Source of the DNA: Marsupella aquatica
Taxonomy: Eukaryota; Plantae; Marchantiophyta
Assembly: GCA_973895155.1 (NCBI GenBank)
Contig: OZ316893.1
Coordinates: 18,383,836 to 18,447,835, forward strand
DNA length: 64,000 nt
Direction: 5' to 3'
Below the pieces are notes generated by a model. That model worked only from the letters and a program-made list of their open reading frames with translations, was not told the DNA's origin and did not search any database. Below, in pieces: positions 38,173-50,199 of the stretch. The position numbers and the translations under genes were made by a program. Position 1 is the first letter of the stretch; the number at the start of each line of letters is the position of its first letter.

Positions 38173-38208
<36 letters not shown>
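38173..38208. repeat. (GA)n microsatellite within an Arg-Glu coding stretch
   Basis: Direct observation. Confidence 0.9.
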
Positions 38209-38222
<14 letters not shown>

Positions 38223-39104
38223 AGAGAGGGGGAGGGAGGGAGAGACATAGAGAGAGGAAGAGGAGCCGTGTCGAGAGGGATACCACTAGGGGACACAGTG
38301 GCACTAGAGATGTAGTCCCTAGGAGTAGAGGCAAGGGAGCTGCGGAGTTGGTGTCTGGTAGCAGTAGTTCAGACAAGGATCCACTTCGGTACGAGTTGCG
38401 GCCCCGAGGCAAACAGTCGGAGGCACCGCCACGTATTTCTGTTCGTAGGTCTGGACGTGATAGGAGCCGCTCTCAGCGGCATTAGGGTATACCATGCATG
38501 ACTAGGTGGACGTCCACCTGCATTTTGTACATTTTTGGCAAAAACTTTTGACGCCACCCATTTATAGTGGCATTCCGGACTTCATATGTCTATTTTATGT
38601 GTATTCCGTGTGTATATGAACCTAAACCTAAAGCCCACCCAACTAAGGTAGCTTGGAAGGATGTTCCATACAAGATTAATGTTTACCACAAACGGCACTC
38701 CATTCACGTCTCTCCATTCTTGGTACTATTTTCAAACGTTCTCGTTAACACCATTTTTACCAAGCCTCACACGACTTACTACTCATACGTCCTGGACAGA
38801 CTCATCATTAACAAAGTCACAAACTACGTAATCTGACATTAACATCGTTTTAAACGATGTTATCAGCTGATTTCCCTGTTCAATCTGCGTCCAGAATAAC
38901 GTCTTTATTTACGACGTTAATATGTAACGTAGTATGGACCGACATATGTAACGTCATTTTGGACGATGTAAACTGTAACCTTTGTTACTTTGTACAAAAC
39001 GTGCCCTCATTCACGTCGAGTATGTCGCCTTTCTTTAGCAGCAAGGAGACGTCGGGCTTAACGTCTTCATGTAACACGTAAAAAGTCTTGATAATGTAGT
39101 TGTG

Positions 39105-40649
39105 CTTGGTTCTCTTTCTCAAGAGTTGATATAGGGGTTCTGCAATATGAGCAAAGTGCGGAATCCAAATACGATAGAAGACACATCCTCCAAGAAATCT
39201 CCTTACTTCTTGCACTGTGGTGCAATCTCTCATCTTGTTGATTGCATCCACCTTATCGTTGTTTGGTTTGCGGCCATATGTTCCACACATATGCCCTACG
39301 ACCAATATCTCTTTAAGTCCAAACGCAGACTTCTCACCAGAAAGAGTTACTCTTGCTTCTATCAACCGATGTAGAATGGCTTCCACATCTTGCATATGCT
39401 CCCAAATGAACTGCCTCATTCCATCCTTCCTCAATGTCTCATCTTTTTTACCTTCCGCACATCCCTTGATTGGTATGTCATCAAGAAATGTGCGAGTTTT
39501 CTCCGGAATAAATAATTGCAAAATACGATTCATAGCATTTTGCATATGTGCCACTGAGTTTGTTGCTCCTTGTGGAAGGGTACACATCTTCAATAACCCA
39601 AGTGGAGTTCTCATTGTAGTGATGTCTCGGCTTCCTTCTGCAAGCTGAAACTGATCATATCCTGAGTAGAGATCTCCAATTGAATAGACAGCCCTTCCTG
39701 CAAACTCCTCCGCAAATTCATCCACAATTGGACCAGTTCCTACATTCCGAATGGTGGCTCTATTCGGCGGTTGCATATCCTGTATGAACCTTAGCTTCTC
39801 ATTCTTCTTTCGAATTGTAAACCACCGATTGGAGTATGGTGCCTCTGAACTCTCCAAAATCTTGGCTCTCAGCTTCTCTTTTAGTAGCTCCACTAGTTGC
39901 GGTAGCAAAGCTTTAGGAACCGGAATTGGTTTCAAGTCCCATGGTATATGCGGGACTGTAAAAATCACCATTGGTGCTATCTCGCGTGGATTAGCACACC
40001 CAATCTCCTCAATATTGAAGGCAAAAGCCTTCCCATTTCTAGCAATCATCTCTTTGAAGGCATCTTGCTCAACCATGGTAAGCAAGCCATCTCCTCCAAT
40101 CTTGATCTGCTCCAATGTCTCATTTGTGAAGACATGGCCTATTCTCTTGGAATCTCTCAATCTTGGTTCTTCTTGTGCTCTTCGTAGCAATTCTCCTGCT
40201 TCCAAAGGCAATGGAACTACGGCTGGTTGAACCTTTCTATCCACTGTTTTGTACTTTGTGTTGACGTTCACTCCTTCATGGACTAGATGAGATACTAGTT
40301 CATGAAGTTCTCTTCCAATCTCGATTTCTGATTTGCCTTGCTCAATTGACAAAATCACTTGCTCCACAGACTTGCCTTCTCCTTGTTCTTGTAGTATACC
40401 GAGAACTGTCTCGCCTTCTTCAATTTCCTTTGCTGCTTGCATCATACCTTCTCTTCTCCTCAATCTTTTTTGTAGTTTTCTAGTTGCTTCCTTTGTGTGT
40501 AAGAAGGAGACAACCTTATCTGTCCCTATGCCAACACATGAGGATGTGAAACACTTTTCAATACTGATTTCTTCAGCTTGTGATGGGGTTACCCTCTTGG
40601 CGCCTCGATCTCCCACCTTTGTTGTCGGGACGCCTAGTGGAAACCCCAA
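39105..40649 (-). pseudogene. Gypsy pol: reverse transcriptase
   Basis: PYSNRWF...KLRFIQD, DLYSGYDQ, LPQGATNS, FLDDIPIKG, VRRFLG. Confidence 0.92.
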
Positions 40650-42943
40650 GTATTTTTCTTCTCTCGAGCCCTAAGCTCCCACCTATTTCTCTCGTTTCCT
40701 GGCCGAACAGTCGGAAATTGGACAATTCTCATACCATTGCGGCTCTTCACCTTTGCCACATGTATGCCATCATCCAACACCTTAGTCTCCATTCTCAGTT
40801 GTGTGATGAATGGCTGTCCTAAAATGATTGGATATGGTAGACTATCATGGACAAAAATATTAATGGGCTCGATCACATTGCCCACTTTTATCTTCACATC
40901 TGGGCAAGCACCCCACAATGCATTTTTGGTGGCATTGACGGAATTCACCTTCCACTAGATGTCGCAATCCACAACCCACTGCCCATCTTCATACAACTTC
41001 TTTGACATCAGGTTCACTTCTGATCCTGTGTCAATTAATGCACGGACTGGTCCCTCAATCCCCTCCATCTCAATTTCACATTCACTGCACCCTCGGGCCC
41101 AATATGATTCTTGTGTCTCCTCGACCCTGGACGCCAAAGACCCACTTCTTTCTTCACTTGTAGCTTCATAGACTGCAACGGTTTTCTCAACTTGCTCCAA
41201 CTCATCTTCATGGTCCACCTCTAGTTGATAACTTTCTCCGATATCACTTTCATCCTCTTGCGAAAGCTAAAGTGTGTGTGGACCTTCCTTGTAGAATCTC
41301 TTTTTCTTTGCTTTGGACAATATGATGTCCTACACATCTCTTCTCAGACTGCCAAAGAATTCCTCATTAGAGAAACCCTTCACTGCTTGTCTCCAAAACT
41401 TGTTGGCAATCTCTTGCGGATCAAGTTCCATCTCTACCTCTCGGCTCAACATCCATCCCTGGTCTTTTTCTGCTTGCTGACAGTGGTTTGTCAGAATCCT
41501 TTGAACTTGCCACAGTACTTGGACTAGGATCGTGATTCATTGGATCTTTCTCTTCAAACCGTACTTCCTTTCTTCTAAGCGGTCTCTTGACGGCTTCCAC
41601 TCGTTGTTGTTTCTCTCTAGATTGAACTTCCTCTTGTGACTGCGAATCACTCTTCCTCTTTTCATCAACCATGGCTTCCCATGCAGCTCCAACTTCTGCT
41701 GTGATTGAAGTTATGAGTACTGGTGCATCCCAGCCAGTCTTTTGCCGCAAATGCTCCGCCAATCTTCTCTTCTCAACTTCACCTAGCTTCTTCTCGCATA
41801 TTGTCTCACTTTGAGCATTGTAGACATTGGGCTCGAACGCAGCGGTAACCATTGCTGACTCCCTTTCTCTCAAATGCTTCTCCACCAAAGCTTTCATTCC
41901 TCCTTTGTTGTTGTTCAATGGCACAGGTTCACCAGTATCATAGAAAGCAATCTTCTTCATGCCTGGTTCACCAACAAACTTGATCATTTGCTTACGGAGC
42001 GCCATAGACAGCTCTGTGCATTCTCACTTGGTATGATCTTTGCTATCACACCACATACATGAATAGATTCTGCTCTTGCTAGAGCTTCCTCTTTCATGAG
42101 CATCCTCTTGAATGACTTGTTGTCCAAGCACTTTAGTGGTCAGGATTTTTAATCCTTTCATCAACTTGGACAACTCGTCCACCGCATTCTCCTTCTTCTC
42201 AACTCCAGATGTTTTGATGTGAACTTCACTGCCTCGGACTAGTGCCCTTGCTATCCTCGGACTAGTGCCCTTGCTATAGCCTCATCATCCAACTCTCTTT
42301 GCCTTTGTCGTTGGCTTACCCAAAGAACTGCATTTTCAATCTGCTCCCATGTAGCTTTCCCAAATCGTTGAGGATGTAGTATGTCAAGTGCATACTCAAA
42401 CTCATCTCGCAATTTGCTATCTGCAGATCTCAAAAAATATGTAGCTTTCTGTAGCTTGATTATCTCAGCTTCAGTAATTGAAAGCTGATTAATCTTCTTG
42501 TTGAACTCCTTCAACAACTCTTGCGGCCCCAAGTTCTTGTTACCCTCATTGATCCAATCCAAGAACGTGGCTTGTGTCATCTGGTCCGCATCTTGTAGAA
42601 GAAATTCCTCCTTCATCCTTTGCGTGAATGTTTCCCACGCATTCTCTCCTTCGGCCTCCTTGCTCAATGTCTCTACCACCTTCTTGATTTCTGGCTCCAT
42701 CAGTGTTGGGAACTTCATGATTGCGGTCTCCTCATCAAGGTCGTGGAGCTTGACTTCTCTCCAATACATCTTCAGATATTTTGTTACATCCTTCCCGTCA
42801 AATTCCCCTTCATGATCCACCATTGCACGCAAACACTTGGTGATTTGGCTTGCTCGTACACTCTTCTTCTCTTTCTCTTCTTCTTGGGCTTTCATCGCCC
42901 GCATAGCACTCATGACAATTTGTGCAATCTCTTTGGGCCCCAT
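40634..42943 (-). pseudogene. Gypsy gag and aspartic protease (disrupted)
   Basis: FDGKDVTKYL gag motif; zinc knuckle CMWCDSKDH...C near 42060-42015; ALIDTGSEVNLM; IILGQPF. Confidence 0.85.
42232..42277. repeat. 23-bp tandem duplication frameshifting gag
   Basis: CCTCGGACTAGTGCCCTTGCTAT x2. Confidence 0.9.
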
Positions 42944-42999
42944 CTTGCCCTCATTCTCTCTAACTATTCTCTCTACTAATTAGCACAAGCCTTGAGATT

Positions 43000-43017
43000 T
43001 CCCCAGTATGGTCGCCA
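43000..43017 (-). promoter_or_regulatory. Primer binding site, probably tRNA-Arg type
   Basis: TGGCGACCATACTGGGGA lies 4 nt inside the 5' LTR and resembles the TGGCGACTCCACTGGGGA PBS recalled for Ogre/Tat elements. Confidence 0.7.
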
Positions 43018-43021
43018 CTTA

Positions 43022-44389
43022 TGTCCTAGGAATAGTGAGCTCTCAAGAACACGTCGGATGTCTGGCTGCATGTGCTAATTATGCTACTTATCACTTGTAA
43101 GAGACCTCATGCTTAGAACCAATTCCCTTGAGAGCCTTGTCCCCTCCCGGCCATTTCTCAAGTTCCTTGGGTTCCCTGTGTCTCTTGCGATTTTCTCCAG
43201 ATAAGCTGGGTGGGAAGGGCGTACCCTTTTTCGCAAGGACTCCTAAGCACTTTTGGTACCAAGAGACATGTGTGATCTACTCCAGATATTGGCAATAACA
43301 CCAGAGTAGTCGGGGCCAGGCCCATACTTCACAAATCTCTCCTCCAAGTGATAATCTTCTCTATGTGCCTCTATCAACTCTCGGCTATGATCTCTCTTCT
43401 ATTACACTATTATGAACACACTCACATCCCCATCTGTGCATCTATACAATATTAATGGATCCGACGACGCGATAATTGCAGTGTATCCTTCTTCCCCAAA
43501 CTTCAGTGTCAGAACCTGCCTAATATCTACCTTCCTCTTTACTATCAACTTAATGCTCACCGTAGAATGTAAATTCAAAATCTGTGGACTCTCATTCAAA
43601 TCGATATTGACATTCATACTTCCTATATGCTTTCTAACTAAGAGAGGTTCAGCGGCAGAGCCATCCCTACTTGATCACAGGTTCGTGGACATTATATCTA
43701 TGGTATTGGCGGCATAGCCGACCTTGCTAGATTCAAAGTTCCATCTTCAAGGTACTCGAGTGGTGGCAATGCCTTCCATGACCAAGAATCAAGAAACTTA
43801 GAATCCTTCCACCATAGAAACTGGCGGCATAGCCATTCCGTTAGTCCTAGAACCAATGTTCAAGCATTTCTCCAATGCAAATGCACACAATATGCGCTCT
43901 ATGCACTCTCTATCCTCACACTCATACACTTGAAATGCTGGAAAATGGACTCCCCTGGGAGGGCGAACCTCCCTATTATTTATAGTTGGAGCCAGGCCAC
44001 GTTGGTCCCTTTACAAGAGTATCCTAGAAGATACTAGAATTAACTAGAACTTACTAGAACTTATCAGAACTTATTTTTTACCACGGTAAATTCTAGAACT
44101 CACTTTTTACCATGGTAAATTCTAGAACTTACCGGAATTTACCTTTTTACTATGGTAAATACAAGAAATTACTATTTACTAAGGTAGATTCTAGAAGTTA
44201 TTGGAGTTTACCTTTTTACTATGGTAAATTCTAGAAGTTACTATTTACTATGGTAGATCTTGAAAATTACCAAGATTTATAATTTTACTTGGTAAAACCC
44301 AAAATCTCCTTTTTACCACAAAAACCTCTACTTTTATATTTTCACACAAAACCAAGCTATTCTCCATATAATCTAATTCCCTTACGACA
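43022..44389 (-). repeat. Gypsy 5' LTR
   Basis: Direct repeat of 10969-12325. About 30-35 substitutions by eye (mostly transitions) plus small indels, including one of 10 bp. Confidence 0.95.
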
Positions 44390-44835
44390 CCGCCCTCACT
44401 CACTTGCTCTCCAAGACAAAAGATGTCAGTCAGCAACCCTTTCCCTCTGAAAGCGCAGTCATTTTTCACTCCAATATGTTTCAACTTCCGGCAACCCAAA
44501 TTATGGCATTCAAGAATGCCAGCACAACGGACTTTCGACACAGCCGGGCAATGAAACCTTGGCTTCAAATTTGCAGATGTAGTGACGAGTCTAGTCCAAG
44601 GATAGCCGTCCTTCTCTTGATCCATATCTTGGAGACCTCCTCCGCGCCTGACCCCCTCGACTAGAGGAAGTTCAAAAACAACGTTACCATTGTATGTTGA
44701 TGGCAGACTCGAAACCTGACATTCATTCCATTGATTCCCTCTTCTAAATTGTGCAAGTTCACTTGCTCCACTGATATTGAGAAAAGCGTCATAAGCACTC
44801 GTCCGATACACTGTGGTCATGCTATCCCCAGTCAA
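44390..44835 (-). pseudogene. A3 transposase, GCM-like N-half
   Basis: LPSTYNGNVVFELP...DGYPWTRLVTTSAN...KVRCAGILECHNLGC aligns with A2 28349-29113. Confidence 0.82.
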
Positions 44836-45379
44836 TGGTACAAATTACGGTTGACACCTGTACCGTTTTGTATGGATAAGATTATCCCTGTCGTGAAGGT
44901 TGTTCTTCGGGTTTTCCAAAATGTACAACTAGTGGTCTCTGCCAGGAGATTTATGTTATTCCTTCCATTGTACTGTCGATCAGTGTCGATATTCACTATC
45001 GTAACTGTGTAAGGCTTCGTCGGGAGTTCCTAACAGTTTGTATGGCTGTCCTATTTCTCCTAAAGGCGGTGCGGTGTGGACGTTTTTCACGCGTGCAACT
45101 GCTGCAGTCTCCGGACACGACCACTCTTCTTCGAAGGGGTTTATTTCATGGAGTCATCGTTGTCTCCAGAGAGTATTTCTTTGAGAGGATCATTTTAGTT
45201 GAGGGAGTCGACAAGGAGAGAAACCAGGCCAATAGCTAACAAGAAGGCGCTTGTAGTGGGCTTGAGACTCCTAGGCAACACAAGATGGTGACGGCGGTAG
45301 ATGTTGTGGCTCCTGTGTTTGATCTGAGCGCTTCAAAACCTTACACGGTTGTCATAAACCGTCATCTTCACTCGTTCAG

Positions 45380-48300
45380 AGTGAATGAGTTTGGATTTGC
45401 ATTGGCTCCCCCTTGAATTCCTCTTTGCCGGATGAGGAACATGCAGATTGTTTGGTCTTTGCAGAAGGATTCCACTGCAATAGACACATTTGAAGTCCAA
45501 GTTCAGGACGCAGGGTTACATCGAATTGGATGCGCCTCGCTTTTACGTTCAGGTGACAAACGAGGATGGAGAAATCCAGATGTGTACCAATGCCATCTGC
45601 AAAACTTGGGATGATATTTGGGTGTTGCAGAACAAGGAGTTTGAACGCGAATGTGATTCTCATGTTTCTTCCCAGATCCTCAAGGACAAAATGTTCTATG
45701 TTTTTGATGGAAACCACCGATTGTATTCGTGGGGCCAACTGGCGAAAGAGCATCCGGACAATATTAAGTACCAATCCTTGAGTTGTCTGCAAGATTTTCA
45801 AGGGTGAAAAAAACTCTTTTGTTCAGATCGAGTCGGCAATGCACGCATTGAACAGGTGCGAGTTCTCAGGATAATATCTTTCTGAAATTCCTTTTTTACC
45901 ATATCACTTTCAGCTAGCGATCTTGCTAACATGAGAATGTTGTGGCAAGTTAACTCAATGTCATGTAGAGAACTCCTGGGTTTTGGAGGCTGAACGCGTC
46001 CAGAAGATTGTGAACAATGACTTGTCCATTTACAAGGATATCATCAACGCTGAGAATTACAAACTTTTCCAGTAGAAGATGGCAAACGTGCGGAAGGCGG
46101 CCGGGTATTCGAAGAACACGACACTGGATGCCTGCACTTATATTCTATCCACTGCTAACATTGCATCGCAGACCGAGGACCTGAAGAAGAAATTTTATCT
46201 TAAGGAAGCTCAAGGCGAGCCCCTCTCTAAGGCCTCACAAGACTTAGCAATGCGTGAGATGATGAAAGAACAACTCGTTGATTGGAATGTGAAAGTTCCA
46301 AAGATCGGTCCATTACTAAATCCAGAGTTTGGAGACTTTTTCAAGAAATGTGTCAAAATGCATAACTACTGCAAGAATGAGAGAAAGGAGGCCCAGAGAA
46401 CAGATGACAAAGGAAGGGGAAATGTTTCTTGTGGTCTTGATCGAGCTCGATTGTTCACTAATGTGACCTCCCCCACAGCTCCGATGTACACTCCTAGAGG
46501 CACGGTGTCGTCCTAAGCTTCGGAATAAATTCTTTCATCCAGGTCAATTCTCAGATAGTGAGACTAAGCTTTGGCTTCATCGTTGGGCAGTGTGGGAGCA
46601 AGTTGAGTCAATTGCGTCTTCCCTCATGTCCAAAATTGTTGTTGAGGTTATGCCTACTGTCCCTGAGTCGAGGATCCTTACCTCTTTAGAGAAGATAAAA
46701 GCTTCGCTAATCCTTGACATTGAGGAGGATTTTGAGGATTTTCAAACTCGTGTGAAGACTCGTTTCTTCAAGCAGATTTGGCCCCCCAAGACAGGAGAGA
46801 AGATCGAGATTGCATTGTTTCAAAGGAGAGCAAAGAGATACACATATCAATTTTTTGTAGATAGAGAAGTAGCAGACAAATTCTACTGGTGGTCCTACCC
46901 AGCTTGCTTCTCCCCATGGATAGTAGGAGTTAAAGAGGACCCTACAGGTGATAAGTTTGGGGAATATTGTATGTTTCCTTGCGAGGGAAGTGATGCTCCA
47001 AGGAGATTGAGCGAGTGGGAGGTTCTTCACTGTCCATGGTATTTGGACTTGGACAAATGGTCTGTAACCTTTGACACTGCAGAGAAAGCAGCTCTTCACA
47101 TGATCAATCGGGGATTCCTTCCGGAATCTTACATCTCGGAGTCCAGATTGGCACCCATTGACGCTGAAGTTGGTGGTTGCGAGGCAATGGAAAAGGCTTT
47201 TCTTGGTGTAGCTGCCATAGTGGATAGGAGTCAAGCTCAAAAGCCAAGAAAAGGAGCATTGAAGGACACATCCAAAGATGGGTCCCAGATATTGGGAAAA
47301 CCAAGTAAGTCTGTCAATATTTTGTTACTTTTTATTTTCAAGTCTGTATGTGTGTCGAATATATAGACACTAATGGCTTTTGTTTCACAGAGAGGAGGAA
47401 GGGTGCGGCTTTTGAGAGTTTGAAGAGTGGAGCAGATGATGGTGAGGAACCTCAGTCCCTAGATGTCAAAGTTACAACAGAGAGCGCAGTGGATTTAGGA
47501 AGTATAAAGCGTTTGAAACGGAAGCGAAATATCCAGATTCTTTCAGATTGGACGATGAAGAAGTTTCAGTTGCTCAAGGTGTTGCTCGGATGTGTGGTTT
47601 GAAGATGGATGGGCAGAGACATTTCCTCGCTTGCAGCAATTTGACCGACACTGCAAACTCAATCAACGTAAATAAAGTGAGGCCATCTTGGATGGGAGAT
47701 GGAGATGGAGATCGATGGATTACTGGGATGTCGAAGCGTGGAGTGCCCGAACCCTATCGTAATTAATGGAAAGCCTTATGCTGGGATTGAATCACATTTG
47801 GGATTCATTTCTCTTCCAACTGGGCATAGAACACGCGTTACAGACAAAGAGGTCCCATCTTGGAATGTTTGGAGCGAGAAACTGCCGTATTATTTTTCTA
47901 GAGTGATGAGACCAATGCTTTCAGACGACGGATATGTTGTTGTGCTGCACAGCTCGGATTTCAATCACATGAGGCGAATATTTACTGCAGTCGAGCAAAA
48001 AAACAAATTCAAACAAGCATGTTCAGCTATATATTGTTTTGTTGTCTACCCCATTATGGAGAGCAGATATGGATATCGAGGTAATTATCCCTTCAACTTT
48101 TGGAGATGTTTTATACTAGCAATGTCGCTAACAAAATGTTAATTTTCCACTCCTCAACATGATCAGTTTACCTATTATTTTTCCATTTTTTTACTCAGTT
48201 AATGCTAGCGAGCTCGCTAACAAAGTTTTCAATATTTCTAAAGGATTATGGTTCTTTGTTCAGGTGTGCACTCTCATATTAGACATTTTTTGTCATGTGG

Positions 48301-49816
48301 AATTTAATGCTAAGATTCCTAAAGATCCAGCGTATGTTCCTTTGATGTCTTCGGAAGATTGTCGTGCGAGAGTGCATGGTTATCATCGCCCATCACCATG
48401 CCCTGTGCACGCCCGCTAGGATATTATGGTAGTTTAGGTTCATCATTTAGAGGCCATATAGGCAAGCTATAATAGATATGCTTGGTGTTCTCTAAGCAAG
48501 CATTCTCCTCTTAGTAGCACTTTGGGCAATGTTCTTGTAGCAAACCCTGGTTATTCTCAAAGCAAATAGTCTTTGTTAGGAGCACTCCAGAGCCAACATA
48601 CTTAGATTGCTCATTGCACATTCACTTCAGTTCTTCTTATGTCTTAGCTTTAGCATTGCAAGCACTTGGCTATGGCAGCACACTCCATGGCACCTCCACA
48701 CATTTGAGGATTGGCTGTGACTCTTTAGATGCTCCCAGCACATCATGGCATGCTGCTGGTTTTCTTATGTACTACTCACTCTACATGCTACATACGTATT
48801 ACTATACAGGGGTCCACTTTCATGCCCCAACATTTCTTCATCTTGGTGTTAATGGACAACCATGTATCATCTTTCTGGTTTTCTATTTTGTTGGGTTACT
48901 TGGATGCATATGATACATGTCTCGATATCTTATGCTACCAACTCTATATGTCACGACAAGATGCAAGACATAAGTCAATGTTGAGTGTTTGTTACCCTAA
49001 GACTGACCCATGTCCAGCAGCGGCTGTTGCTGGATCAAAAAGGATTTCAATTGGGTTCATGCAAGTCGTGATGGAATTCCTCACAAAGCCCAAAGACATA
49101 GTCCTTGACTGGACTGTGTGTGACGGGAGCTCGTTTTTTGCTAGAGAATACCCCGGGAGGTTTGTTGTCGGTGTTGAGAACAGGGACATTCTCCATTCCT
49201 GTGCTCAAAAAGGTTTAAACAGTGTTCTTGAGAGGCACTCGAGCAAGGCAAAGATGATTAAGGATCAGGCAGCCAAGGGTAATCAAGACGCTGGGTCGGA
49301 TGATGAGTTCACAATTCCAGGAGATGAACAGGCTGGGCCTTCAAGCGAGAAAGACAAATTCAACCTGGAGTAAAGTACTCGGCCTATTCTAATGTCAAAC
49401 TCCCTATTTGGTTTCTGTTGTTTTCTTCATTTTGTTGCTCTTTGTCAACTGATGCCGGTGGTTGCTTCAGTGATAGGAGGGTGGATTGGTTTTCTGAGGA
49501 GAGATTTCGTCTTTGGAAGGAAGTCCAGGAATCCATTGTGGTTACTCTCGAGAAGCCTTTTACTCTTTCGTGCTATGCTGAGACATCGGCAAAGCAGGTT
49601 GATGAAGCTCCTGTGGTCTTGACTTGGGAGGCGAAAGGTCTTCGATCAATGAGAGGTGCTCAAAGATATCTGGATTTTTCAAGGTTTATCAACAATGAGG
49701 CGGGGACAGTCCGTCAATATTTAGATGAGTCTACCGAGTCCACGGAGAGGGAGACCAGTAGCGATCCTAGTAGTAGTGACATATCTGATGATTCAGAGGA
49801 TGAAGTTTATGACTGA
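45380..49816 (+). pseudogene. A3 second gene (ParB-like + methyltransferase-like), disrupted
   Basis: MFYVFDGNHRLYSW, RRLSEWEVLHCPWYLD, RPMLSDDGYVVVL, RISIGFMQVVMEFLTKPKDIVLDWTVCDGSS..GRFVVGVE. Introns fall at equivalent positions to A2. Confidence 0.75.
48360..48958. mobile_element. Solo LTR (599 bp)
   Basis: TGTCGTG...CACGACA with 4-bp TSD AGAT. Removal restores SSED-ARHKSM. Confidence 0.88.
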
Positions 49817-50199
49817 ACAAGTAGGAATTTGTAGGACTGGATGTACTGGTAGAAGTCGACTCTTACAATTTTGCTGTGTTGGAGTTTTTTGGCAATCCAC
49901 ACTTTCAATGTAAAGAGGGATTATATTATGATGGAAGTGTCTACTTGTGGTGATCTTTTTTCGAAAAAACAATGTGTGTGGCTCAAGTATGGAATGGATA
50001 TGACAATCATGCATGGTTTTTCCTTGTGATTTTCTTTTGATTACTGTAAGAGGTGGAAAACTGAGATATTTTGGCATTGTTTTCATGGAATGTATTAGGA
50101 CTTTGAAGGCCAAAAATGCCTTGCTAACAATACTGACTCGCTAGAAAAATCTCCTGTTTCCTTGCACCATACAATTCCTCCCATGATGTGCTGGGAGCA

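Larger units (their letters stand above)
36209..38485 (+). pseudogene. CACTA second gene, putative TnpA-like (Transposase_24-like), multi-exon, divergent from TnpD
   Basis: WTTWKDL...RFRWRNK...KAAAARKS...TNFWGQGGW followed by an intron and KRKFG; Arg/Glu-rich low-complexity ends. The family assignment is inferred. Confidence 0.55.
18227..39104. mobile_element. CACTA (En/Spm) superfamily DNA transposon with CACAA termini
   Basis: Left CACAACTAGATT, right AATGTAGTTGTG; 3-bp TSD CTT (18224-18226 / 39105-39107). Removal restores Gypsy LLRKRTK-FVWT. Confidence 0.93.
10969..44389 (-). mobile_element. Ty3/Gypsy LTR retrotransposon (about 8.5 kb once nested insertions are removed)
   Basis: Two TG...CA LTRs, 4-bp TSD CCGC (10965-10968 / 44390-44393), PBS, PPT, and gag-PR-RT-RH-INT order. 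Confidence 0.95.
9006..50180 (-). mobile_element. Family A element, diverged copy A3 (pieces 9006-10968 and 44390-about 50180, split by the Gypsy)
   Basis: Removing the Gypsy and one CCGC restores GEQVSEGG-LVCGFCEERP. Both family-A genes are present. The right end is tentative (...CTCCTGTTTC...ATTCCTC resembles the A2 right end ...ACACCTC). Confidence 0.72.
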
